This document shows, in pieces, positions 1 to 31,204 of a DNA stretch of 64,000 bases (position 1 is its first letter; each line of letters starts with the position of its first letter). The position numbers and the translations under genes are program-made. The stretch is taken from assembly GCF_039654945.1 (NCBI RefSeq), contig NW_027361696.1, positions 39,122,001 through 39,186,000 on the forward strand. Direction: 5' to 3'. The notes beneath the pieces were generated by a model. The model was not told the DNA's origin and did not search any database. It saw nothing but the letters and a program-made list of their open reading frames with translations. The DNA is from Dendrobates tinctorius. Taxonomy: Eukaryota.

Positions 1-10
1 GCTACTACAT

Positions 11-343
11 GTGGGGACAAATGACACCGCAAGAAATGACCTGGAAACCATCTGCAGAGACTTTGAAGACTTAGGCAAGAAAGTGAAAGAACTGGGAGCG
101 CAGGTGGTCTTCTCTTCCATCCTCCCAGTGGATGGCCATGGAACAAGGAGGTGGAATAAGATTCTGCAGGTGAACAACTGGCTACGTCAATGGTGCCGTC
201 AGCAACGATTTGGATTTCTGGATCACGGAGTGAATTACTTATACGATGGACTACTTGCTAGAGATGGGGTGCACCTTACGAAGACTGGAAAGCATGTATT
301 TGGAAGTCGCCTTGCTACACTTGTAAGGAGAGCTTTAAACTAG
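11..343 (+). CDS. CR1 ORF1 C-terminal part (SGNH/esterase-like)
   Basis: GTND and DGVHL motifs; ends ...RRALN* directly before ORF2. Confidence 0.85.
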   Translation: MGTNDTARNDLETICRDFEDLGKKVKELGAQVVFSSILPVDGHGTRRWNKILQVNNWLRQWCRQQRFGFLDHGVNYLYDGLLARDGVHLTKTGKHVFGSRLATLVRRALN

Positions 344-522
344 AACAACATGGGAAGGGAAGCAAAAGACCAGAAAAAGCCATACACCTGACAAATGCTA
401 TTGAGAACTCTGCTATTAGAAGTGGAAAGGAAGAACAAAGACAAAAGAATCTAATTAATAAAAATATTGGAGAAAGAGAAACCAATCACAAACTAAAATG
501 TTTCTATACTAATGCACAAAGT

Positions 523-3256
523 GTGGGCAACAAACAAGGAGAATTGGAACTACTAACGCAGGAAAAGAAATATGATGTCATTGGAATCACTGAGAATTGG
601 TGGGACGATACACATGATTGGAATACAAGACTAGAAGGATACAACTTATTTGCAAGAAACAGACTTGATAAACGAGGAGGGGGTGTCGCATTGTATGTTA
701 GAAACGCGTATATCTGCACAGAGATTGAAGCTTCAGTGACTGGGAGTTCTGTGGAAACTGTTTGGGTAAGAATACAAGGACAGAACAATGGAAAGGACAC
801 CATTGTAGGCATTTACTATAGGCCGCCTGTGCAAGCTGAAGATATGGATGAACTCTTTATGCATCAAATGGCCAAGTTCTCCAAAAAATATGACATAGTT
901 GTCATGGGAGATTTCAACTATCCAGACATTTGTTGGGAATCTTTCTCAGGCAAAACTAACAGGTCAAGGAAATTCTTATCCTCTCTTGCTGACAACTTTA
1001 TCTTCCAAAAGGTAGGGGAGAAAACAAGGGGAACTGCTACCTTGGATCTAATCCTTATAAACAGGGAGGAAATGGTTGAGGAGGTAAAAGTGGCTGGGAC
1101 CTTAGGAGGTAGCGACCATGCTATTTTAGAATTTTGGATAACTAGAGGCGGAAGACCTGTGAAGACTCAGACGTCAAGGTTAGATTTCAAAAAGGCAGAT
1201 TTTAAGGGATTCAGAAAGAGAATTGGAGGGATCCAATGGCTGGATATCCTTAAAGACAAAAATGTCCAGGAAGGATGGGAAATCTTGAAAAATGAAATTC
1301 TCAAAGCACAGTTGTTAACAATTCCGAAAAGAGGGAAGAATAGGAAGCATTTAAGGAAACCAGGATGGATGAACACAGAACTTAAGCACATGCTAAAAAG
1401 GGAAGAAAGAAATGTTTATAAAATGGAAAGAGGGAGGCATATCTAAAGAAGAATATAATGCTGGCTGCAGAACCTGCAGGGCACAAATCAGATTAGCTAA
1501 AGCTGAAAATGAATTGAGGCTTGCAAGAGATGTCAAAAGCAATAATAAAGGATTTTGGGGATATGTCAAAAGTAAAAGAAAAGTCAAAGATGCTATAGGA
1601 TTTTTACAGGATGAAAATGATGAAATGGTAAGACAGGATGTTGAGAAGGCTGAACTTTTAAATTCCTATTTTGCATCTGTTTTCTCTCAGAAAGGAAATG
1701 TAACATCAACTGTTCTTCACTGTCCTATTAAGGGAATAGAAGAATCCAGGATATCTATAAACAGAAAGATAGTGAGGAAACACTTAGCTAACCTAAATGA
1801 ATTCAAGTCTCCAGGTCCAGATGAATTACACCCCAGAGTACTGAAGGAGGTAGCAGAAGAAATTTTTGAACCCCTCTCCATAATCTTTGAAAATTCTTGG
1901 AGAACAGGGGAAGTGCCAGAAGACTGGAGAAGAGCAAATGTTGTTCCTATCTTCAAAAAGGGGAAGAAGGTGGACCCAGGCAACTATAGGCCGGTGAGTC
2001 TGACTTCTATACCAGGAAAGATCTTTGAACAAATTATTAAACAACATGTATGTCAATACCTGGATAAGAATGAAGTGATTAAACAGAGTCAGCATGGGTT
2101 TGTAACTAATAAGTCTTGTCAGACTAACTTAATTTCCTTCTACGACGGTATCACTGATTGGGTGGATCAAGGAAATGCTGTAGATATAGTATATCTTGAC
2201 TTCAGCAAAGCATTTGACAAAGTCTCTCATACAATCCTTATTGAAAAAATGACTAAGTATGGAATGGACAAGGCAACTGTTAGGTGGATTCATAACTGGC
2301 TTAGTGATCGGACCCAAAGAGTGGTCGTAAATGGCTGCACATCCAGTTGGAAGAATGTCTCAAGTGGGGTACCACAGGGCTCTGTCCTGGGCCCTGTATT
2401 GTTCAACATCTTTATCAACGATTTAGATGAAGGAATTAAGGGTAAACTGATTAAATTTGCTGATGACACTAAGCTAGGAGGGATAGCTAATACTAGAGAA
2501 GACAGAGAGAGGATTCAAAAAGATTTAAATAAACTGGAGAAGTGGGCAGCAACTAACAGAATGGTTTTTAACAGGGAGAAATGCAAAGTACTACATCTGG
2601 GCAATAAAAATGAAAAAATTATATATAGAATGGGAGGAATAGGGCTAAGTGACAGCACATGTGAAAAAGACTTGGGTATACTAATAGATCACAGACTGAA
2701 TATGAGTCAACAGTGTGATGCAGCAGCAAAAAAGGCAAATGCAATTCTAGGATGTATTAACAGAAGCATACAGTCTAGATCACGTGAAGTCATTATTTCC
2801 CTTTACTCCTCTTTGGTCAGACCTCATCTGGAATACTGTGTCCAGTTTTGGGCACCACATTTTAAAAAAGACATCAACAAACTGGAGCAAGTTCAGAAAA
2901 GAGCGACCAGAATGGTGACCGGTCTGCAAACCCTGTCTTATGAGGAAAGGTTGCAGGATTTGGGAATGTTTAGTTTGCAAAAGAGAAGACTGAGAGGAGA
3001 CTTAATAGCTGTCTACAAATATCTAAAGGGCTGTCACATTGTAGAAGGATCAACTTTATTCTCATTTGCACAAGGAAAGACTAGAAGCAATGGGATGAAA
3101 CTGAATGGGAGGAGACACAGATTAGATATTAGAAAAAACTTTTTGACAGTTAGAGTGATCAATGAGTGGAACAGGCTGCCACGAGAAGTGGTGAGTTCTC
3201 CTTCAATGGAAGTCTTCAAACAGAGGCTGGACAGACATCTGACCGGGATGATTTAG
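523..3256 (+). pseudogene. CR1 ORF2 (endonuclease + reverse transcriptase) with one frameshift near 1400
   Basis: ORFs 523-1446 and 1412-3256 join into one frame (HMLKRKKEMFIKWK) if one G is removed from GGG at 1400-1402. Confidence 0.9.
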
Positions 3257-4663
3257 CGAATCCTGCTTTGAGCAGGGGGTTGGACCAGATGGCCCAGGAG
3301 GTCCCTTCCAACTCTACGATTCTATGATTCTATGGTTCTATGATTCTATGCCCGGGCAGCGCCGGGCTCTTCAGCTAGTTAAAATATATTTTAAAAAATA
3401 CACAAGTTTGGTATCGCTGTAATCGTACTGACAAGGAGAATTACGTTTTCCTATCACTTTTACCACAGAATGAATGCCATGAAAAGAAAACAGGAAAAAC
3501 TGTGGCGAAATCATGTTTTTCACCATACTTGGAATTTTTCTCCAATTTTGGGATACATTATGCGGTAAAATAAATGTCATCGTTCACAATAAAATTCCTT
3601 ATTTGTTTTTTTTTTTCTTGTTCATAAGTAAAATAACAAAATCAGAACAAGACCGGCACTAGGACCCAGCAGAGAGCAGTTACTGCGGCGCTCACCTCCA
3701 GCCATCACGTGGTAATGACATGTCACATGATGCTGAGCTGACAGCTTCTTGCTCCGCCCTTGCCCATAAAAGCTGTTCTGGGCGGAGCCAATGTGTTCTT
3801 TGTTCAAACTTGTGCGCGCCCCCGCCTATTTGGCGCTCCTCGTGGACGCGCTTCAGTCGATCTAATTCGTTTTAACGATGTTGCTCTTTTCTCACGTTTT
3901 TTTTTTTTTGCACCAGCTGACCACTGCTAAATGCGCTACGCTGAAAACATTAAATTTACATCCTTCAGTAAAAGTATAGAAAACAATCTTGGAACGTCTT
4001 TACTGTTTTGCTACTGCTGCGCATCATAAAACACTGAATAAAAAAAACCGCAGGATAAAATACCGCAGTCAAAAACCTACCGTTCTCTACAAATCATGCG
4101 GCATACGCCCGACCACTGCTAAATATATCAGTAAAACGGAAAGAGAAACACTGTATTTTTTGTATTCTCGCCCGCCTGTGTCTGCGTATAGAGGGCGCTG
4201 AATGTCCTAGAACTTGGCGGTATTTGCGTGTGTCGAGCCCGCCCGCTCTGATTTATCTGTCTAGAGCTGTGTGTCGCTTTGTGTTTGTCGGGCCCGCCCG
4301 CGGTTGAGGCGCAGCTTGTTGTGTGCGGGGCCCGCCCGCTCGTGTCTCTGCCCTCCCGCTCTTGTGCTGCGGCTGAGGGACCCGCCCGCTGCTATTTCCC
4401 GTGTGCGCGTCGCTCCCGGCTGCTACTGCTATCGGTGCCGGTGTGAGCTGGGCCCCAGCCTGTTCTCCCCGCCTCCCTTCTCCTCACGTGTCCCGGCGGC
4501 AGTGCAGGAGAGGCAGGGAAGGGAGCGCCTCACATGACCCGTGTGTTTGTCCCCGTGATCAGATCCGTCGGGCCTCCCGCCTCCTCCTCCCCGGGCCGCC
4601 CCGGGCCCCGGCCCCGCACAGCCTGACCCCGGGGGGGCCCTCTCCCTGCCCGAGCCCCGACAC

Positions 4664-24144
<19,481 letters not shown>

Positions 24145-24972
24145 ATTCGGTTGCCCCGCGCTCCTCGTATGAAAGCGAGTCAAAAAAAAAAAGCCACGAG
24201 GAAAAAAAAAAAACTTGTATATCAGCTTCCCCCCTCCCTTTGTTTTACCCTTTACCTTTTTGCCCCACGCACCTACCGCTGCCCTGCATTCCCCAGAGAC
24301 CCCCACTCCTCTTACAATAACCGTGTCAAAGATCTTTCTCTATTCTCGCGAACAGCGTGGCACAAAGAGCGGGAGGTTGAGGGGCTGCCATGGGTCTTCC
24401 TTGCAGACTGGAGAAGAACCCTTCAACCCCCCCCCCCCCCCCCCATCAACTTGGACCATGCTCACCTTGGGAAACATCTTCACTGCCAGGGACTTGCATG
24501 GGGCTGACGGAAAGGCTGCCCACGCGGCAGAGGGTCTGATTACGTTTGCTTTGCTCTTTATTTTTTTTTTTTTTTTTTTATGATGAATCTATAAATATGA
24601 ACATACGTAGACTTTTAGCAGTGACGATAGACTGAGTCCCTCGTGTTTTTTTTTTATTTTTAAATCCCCTCTGTGGTAATTCTCTGCACTGGATTAACAC
24701 GTTGCAGCATTAAACCGGACCCAGAGATTGACACATTGATATTTTATGGGCCCTCGGGAAGTTCTGTTCACACATGTTACACAATTTGCTTCATTCTGCA
24801 CTTGTTGGTTTTTAATTTCTTTCACGCCCGTCACATCCAGGCCACTAGATAGCGGTGGAGAGCTATGTAACAAGCTGTTCTCCCTTCATCTCTCCGCCAG
24901 TAGATGGCGATGGAGAGTTATGTACCGAGCTGTCCGCCCTTCATATCCCTACCACTTGATGGTGGCAGGCTA

Positions 24973-26857
24973 CAGTGGGGAAAAAAGTATTTAGTCAGCC
25001 ACCAATTGTGAAAGTTCTCCCACTTAAAAAGATGAGAGGCCTGTAATTGACATCACAGGTAGACCACAATTATGAGAGTCAAAATGAGGAAACAAATCCA
25101 GAAAATCACCTTGTCTGACTTGGCAAGATACTTATTTTCGACCATAATTTGAAAAATATATTTGGTCACCTAAAAACATGCAAGATTTCTGGCTCTCACA
25201 GATCTGTAACTTCTTTAAGAGGCTCCTCTGTCCTCCACTCATTACCTGTAGTAATGGCACCTGTTTGAACTTGATATCAGTATAAAAGACACCTGTCCAC
25301 AACCTCAAACAGTCACACTCCAAACTCCACTATGGCGAAGACCAAAGAGCTGTTGAAGGACACCAGAAACAAAATTGTAGCCCTGCACCAGGCTGGGAAG
25401 ACTGAATCAGCAATAGACAAGCAGCGTGGTGTGATGAAAACCACTGTGGGAGCAATAATAAGAAAATGGAAGACATGCAAGATCTCACCCTGTGGGGTCA
25501 AAATGATCACCAGAACGGTGAGCAAAAATCCAAGGATCACACGGGGGGGAGGGGACCTAGTGAATGACCTGCATAGAGCTGGGACCACTGTAACAAAGAC
25601 TACTATCAGTATCACACTATGCTGCCAGGGACTCAGATCCTGCAGTGCCAGACGTGTCCCCTTGCTTAAGCCAGTACATGTCCGAGCCCATCTGAAGTTT
25701 GCTAGAGAGCATTTGGATTATCCAGAAGAGTATTGGGAGAATGTAATATGGTCTAATGAAACCAAAGTAGAACTGTTTGGTAGAAACAAAACTTGTCATG
25801 TTTGGAGGAGACAGAATGCTGAGTTGCATCCAAAGAATACCATACCTACTGTGAAGCATGGATGTGGAAACATCATGCTTTGGGGCTGTTTCTCAGCAAA
25901 GGGACCAGGATGCCTGATCCGTGTACATGAAAGAATGAATGGGCACATGTATCGTGAGATTTTGAGTGCAAACCTCCTTCCATCAGCAAGATGAAACATT
26001 GATGGGTCTTTCGGCATGATAATGATCCCAAGCACACCGCCAGGGCAACGGAGTGGCTTTGTAAGAAGCATATGAAGGTCCTGGAGTGGCCTAGCCACTC
26101 TCCAGATCTCAACCCCATAGAAAACCTTTTGAGGGATTTGAAAGTCCGTGTTGCCCAGCGACAGGCCCAAAACATCACTGCTGTAGAGGAGATCTGCATG
26201 GAGGAACGGGACAACATACCATCAACAGTGTGTGCCAACCTTGTGAAGACTTAGGCTATGTGCACACGTAGTTTTCGGTGGTGCGGATATTTCCTAGCGG
26301 ATTTTGGAAAAACCACAGGTCAAAAAGACCTGCGGTTTAGGCTGCGGTTTCACACCTCTACAATGGAGGAGATGTGAAACCGCAGCGGATTCCGCACAAA
26401 CAATTGACATGCTGCGGATTGTAACCTGCAGCAAATCCACGCATAAAAATCCGCAGCATGTGTACAGCGTTTTTGGTTTTACCATTGGAAACAATGGTAC
26501 TGTACAATGCAGCAGAAACTGCTGCAGACCCGCAGGGAGAGAAACTATGCGGATCCGCAGCAGAATCCGCACCGTGTGCACATAGCCTTACAGAAAACGT
26601 TTGACCTCTGTCATTGCCAACAAAGGATATATAACAAAATATTGAGATGAACTTTTGTTAATGAAAAAATACTTATTTTCCACCATGATTTGCAGAATAA
26701 ATCTTTCCAAATCAGACAAGGATTTTCTGGATTTGTTTTCTCTTTTGACTCTCATAGTTGTGGTCTACCTATGATGCCAGTTACATCATACTCACATCTT
26801 TTTAAGTGGGAGAACTTGCACAAGTGGTGGCTGACTAAATCCTTTTTTTCCCCACTG
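24973..26857 (+). mobile_element. Decayed Tc1-like transposon D
   Basis: TA|CAGTGGGGAAAAAAAG...TTTTCCCCACTG|TA; transposase from MAKTKEL (25332) to SPDLNPIE with deletions and frameshifts. Confidence 0.93.
26254..26587. mobile_element. Harbinger-like MITE nested in Tc1 D
   Basis: TTA|GGCTATGTGCACAC...GTGTGCACATAGCC|TTA. Removal restores VKT-YRKR. Confidence 0.88.
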
Positions 26858-27339
26858 TATGAACCAAGCAGCTGCTGGCATTCAATCTCACTTTACTACA
26901 CTGGTGTAAACCGTCACCAGAGCTGCATTTATTATCTGACCGATGATTTAGAAAGGCACGTCACAGGTTAGGGCTGCCAAACAGTTTGTTGGAGATGCTT
27001 ATATTTTTTTTTTTTGTGGTTTGCAAGGACCCCACCTGAAAATAAACATTTTATGTACATATATAGTTCCTGACTAGTCAGCTGTGCAGAACTGCAGCCC
27101 CTCTCATTTATATGCAAGGCAGGCAGGCAGTGCTGTGCAAGGAAGGTCTGTGGTGCACTAAGAGAGCGTGTCACCGCCGCGCTTCCTCTCCATTGTTGCA
27201 TGGCTGCCGGAATCTGGAACGCATAGTGTTTCGTTTTACGGTTGGGTCAAGTGATAACGCCACGTCCAAGAAAACCATCCTTTCTATTATACTTTACCTC
27301 CTGGCCTTTTTGGTGACTTTTATCGCTTCTGTTAATAAA

Positions 27340-28065
27340 TAGAAAAATCCTGGCATAGCCCCCTGCTGCACCGCTTAGACCGATCACATGTCCGATCTGC
27401 GTCATATGGTGTCCACCAGGGGGAGTAGGAAAGAAAAATCCTGATGTAACCCCATGCACCGCGGAGACCGTTCACACGTCCAATCCGCTGCACTGTATGG
27501 TATCTACCAGGGGCAGCAGCAAAGAAAAATCCTGATGTAACCCCCTTCTGCACCGCGGAGACTGATCACATGTCAGATCAGCTGAGTCATTTGGTGTCCA
27601 CAAGGGGGAGCAGCAAAGAAAAATCCTGATGTAAAAACCTGCAGCACCGTGCAGACTGATCACGTCTGATCGGCTGCGCCATATGGTGTCCACCAGGGGG
27701 AGCAGCAAAAAAATATCCTGACGTAACCCCCTGCTGCATCGCTGAGACCGTTCACTCGTCCAATCCGTTGCACCAAATGGTGTCCACCTGGGGCAGCAGC
27801 AAAGAAAAATCCTAATGTAACCCCCTTCTGCACCGCGGAGACTGATCACATGTCTGATCTGCTGCGTCATTTGGTGTCCACAAGGGGGTGCAGCAAAGAA
27901 AAATCCTGATGTAACCCCCTACTGCACCGCGGAGACCAATCACATGTCTGATCTGCTGCCTCATTTGGTGTCCACCAGGGGGAGCAGAAAAGAAAAATCC
28001 TCTAACCCCCTAAGCACCACCGAGCCCGATCTGCTGCTGCGTATGGTGTCCACCAGGGGGATGTC
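27340..28065. repeat. ~93-bp tandem repeat, ~8 copies, each with a CCACCAGGGGGAGC-like motif
   Basis: Motifs at ~27413, 27504, 27598, 27690, 27784, 27878, 27972, 28050. Confidence 0.9.
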
Positions 28066-29231
28066 TGCAGAAACGTTTTTTCTTTTTACGTTGCATCCCG
28101 CACATGGGAACGCCGCCCCTCTCAGCCTCCGGATGGAAAGGAAAGTTCCCCTTTACTGGTAACAAGCAGAGGTCGTAAGGAAAGCAGAGGTTTTTATTAA
28201 AATACCGTAATTCAAAGTCCAATGGCGGCATATAAAGGGAAATTCCCATAATCTGGCATCTGATCATCTAGAATTAAAAAGTAAAGAGGGGTTTGTAGAA
28301 AAAGTTGAAGAGATAATTCCGGATTTCTGGACCTTGTTGCGTTTTTATACATTTTTTTATTTAGCGTAAGAATATCTGATAATTTGGCACCAGATTATAG
28401 GAATTTCATGTTAGTGCCCCATTTGCTGGATACAATGAAAGGGTTAACAGTCTGCAGCCGTCTGGCGCCGCTGTCATATTTGCAATGTGTGAACTTTACC
28501 TCCGCGGCCCCAGTCAGTGTCACAGACGAGGGGACGACCACGGGGGGTTTTGTGTTGTCGCCCAAGTACAGCCCCCGGTATGGTGTGGCAGGAGCAGTGA
28601 CCCTGTGTCATAGGACTCGGCCCCCTGGTGGTTCGGGCTCTGGGGATGTGATAATTTCCTGGGTGGGTCCTCTAAGTCGTAGCCCCCCTACCTGTAGTTT
28701 TCCTCTGATTCCCGCATCATCTCGGGGAAGATGATGTTGGCGCCGTAGACCGTGTTTTACTGGAGGCTTCGACGCCAATTCATGATGTGACCGCTGCAGC
28801 CGATCCAACCGCCCTTTTTTTAGGCTTAAATTCTGCTTGCTAATTCCAGAGCTGAATTCACATCTCCACAGCCTCCAGAGCTGAAATCTCCCAACATTCC
28901 CAGCTTGTTCTGTTAGTCTGTAAGGGTTTATTTTTACACCAGGATTTTGTACTTCTGGAGATGAGTCTGTCAACCTGCTTGCTGGCAGTTTCCACTGACA
29001 GAATTGTGACTACAGCTCTTGAGTAAAACAGGAGTCTCATAATACTATATATAACATTATTTCAAATGGCTGAGCGCCACACCATTAAACCTGTTGTGAG
29101 TTGCATACCATCTATTGTTCTGTTACCAGCCATTCTTGGATGAATAACAGGAAGTGTAGAGACCTCACATGTCCCCATGATCCATACTTTATATCATATC
29201 TCCAGAGACTAAGACCCTCCAAGGCATAATA

Positions 29232-30752
29232 CAGAGGGTGAAATAAGTATTGAACCCGTCACCAATTTTATAAGTAAATTTATTTCTAAAGGTGCTATTG
29301 ACATCAAATTCTCCCCAGGTGTCGGTAACAACCCATCCAATCCACACAGGCAAAGAAATCATCCTTAGATGTCCATAAATTATGTGTAATAATCAGAAAT
29401 GACACAGGGAAAGAGGTGCCTCATTACCAACGTGCCATACAGGAAGCATCTTATGTGAGTTGTCTCAAGACCATCGCAACCTTACTGTTGCAAAGCATAC
29501 TGATGGCATTGGTTACAGAAGAATTTCTAAACTACTGAAGGTTCCAGTGAGCGATGTTTGGGCCTTAATCCAGTAGTGGAAAGAACATCTTTTGACCATG
29601 AAAAGCCATGACCTGACCAGGTAGGTACTCACTGCAAGATTTCAGACAGAAGAGTGAAAAAAATCTGAAGATTTTTTTAAAGAGCCAAGGACCACCTGCG
29701 GAGAGCTACAGGAAGAACTGGAATCAGCAGGTACAATTGTTTTCAAAGAAAACAATAATGCATTCCTCTCCCATGGCCTGCATGCACCCTCACCACTCAA
29801 AACTCCATGGCCTGCATGCACCCTCACCACTCAAAACTCCATGGCATGCATGCACGCTTACCACTCAAGACTCCATGGCCTGCATGCACGCTCCCCACGC
29901 AAGACTCTGGCCTGAATGCACGCTCACCACCCAAGTCTCCACTACTGAAAAAGCATGTTTGAAGTTTGCTCAACAACATTTAGACAAGCCTGTGAAATAC
30001 TGGGAGGATAAAGTTTGGTCAGATGAGACCAAAATTGAACTCTTTGGATGCCCTAATACACACCATGTTTGGAGGTCAAAAGGCACTGTACATCACCCCA
30101 AACACATCATACCAACAGTGAGGTTTGGAGGTGAGAATATCATGGTGTGGGGTTGTTTTTTCAGCATACGGCACTGACAAACCATGTAGTTGAAGGAAGA
30201 ATGAATGAACAAATGTACCAAGACAGTCTTGATATAAATCTGGTGCCACCTACCAGGATGCTGAAGATGAAGCGAGGGTGGACATTTCAGGAAGACAATG
30301 AACCCAAACACAGCCAAGGAAACTCTACATTGGTTTCAGAGAAAGAAAAAGCTGCTAGAATGGCTGACCCGAATCCAAGAGAAAATGTATAGACGGAACT
30401 AAAGCTCAGAGTTCATAGAAGGAGCGCACGGAAGATTCAGGATGTAAAGGATGTTTGTGTGGAAGAATGGGCCAAAATCACATCTGAGCAATGCATGTGA
30501 CTAGTTTCTCCATACCGGAGGCATCTTGAAGCTTCATCGCCAACAAAGGCTTTTGTACCATGCATTAAATAAGTTTCAGTAATGAGTTCAATACTTTTCC
30601 TGGAGTCATTTCTCATTATTACACACAATTTATGGACAGCTACGGTGATTTCTTTGCCTGTGTGGATTGGATGGGTTGTTACTGATATCTGGTGAGAATT
30701 TCATGTCCAAAAGATTTATTTAGGAAATTGGTAATCCTTATGCTACCCACTG
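29232..30752 (+). mobile_element. Old Tc1-like transposon E
   Basis: TA|CAGAGGGTGAAATAAGTATTG terminus; WSDETKIELFG and FQEDNEPKH remnants; degenerate right TIR. Confidence 0.85.
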
Positions 30753-30894
30753 TCTGTGACTGATATCAGCGCCTCTTATTAACGCTCTGCTGTGTTTGAA
30801 GCTATGGGCGTTGCTGGCCCTTTAAGAAGAGGAAACATCCAGAACCCCCGTATTCTATGTTATGTACATATTTTTGTGTATTTGCTGCTTTGGC

Positions 30895-31135
30895 AGGAAC
30901 GTTCCCAGAACCAGTGTCGGACACTGCAGGTGTCTGCGTATTCCTGACGCCCCCAGGGCTGACAATGCAATAGCTGATGTTGTGTCACCCGCATCCTCCA
31001 CCTTCTGTCACCAGTGGCCGAGGTCAGCGCCGCGCCTGCCGCCTCTGGCGCCCCTGGGTCTGGGTGCAGCCGACGCTCAGGAGCCGGGTCCATGTGGACT
31101 TCAGTCCAGGATAGGGAGCAAGGGGGGCGCCAAAC
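30895..31135. promoter_or_regulatory. Candidate distal hepcidin enhancer (STAT GAS site + BMP-responsive element)
   Basis: TTCCCAGAA at 30902-30910; GGCGCC-N5-GTCTG at 31047-31062; AGGTCA at 31021; second GGCGCC at 31126. Confidence 0.5.
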
Positions 31136-31204
31136 CCTGGAGTATCCACACAGCACCGCATATCCGAGCAATGATGGGGGCTGTAGTGCAGAGCGACGCT
31201 CGGA

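Larger units (their letters stand above)
1..3350 (+). mobile_element. CR1 non-LTR retrotransposon; 5' end outside the window, intact 3' end
   Basis: ORF1 esterase-like C-terminus (11-343), APE endonuclease (YYRPP, MGDFNYPDICW, GSDH) and RT (SGVPQGSVLGP, KFADD). Ends in the CR1-type (ATTCTATG)n tail at ~3319-3350. Confidence 0.97.

Noticed and set aside
24145-27060. USF2 polyadenylation site (ATTAAA ~24709, or AATAAA ~27042 beyond Tc1 D)
   Set aside because: Cannot choose between them without transcript data, so no terminator is called.
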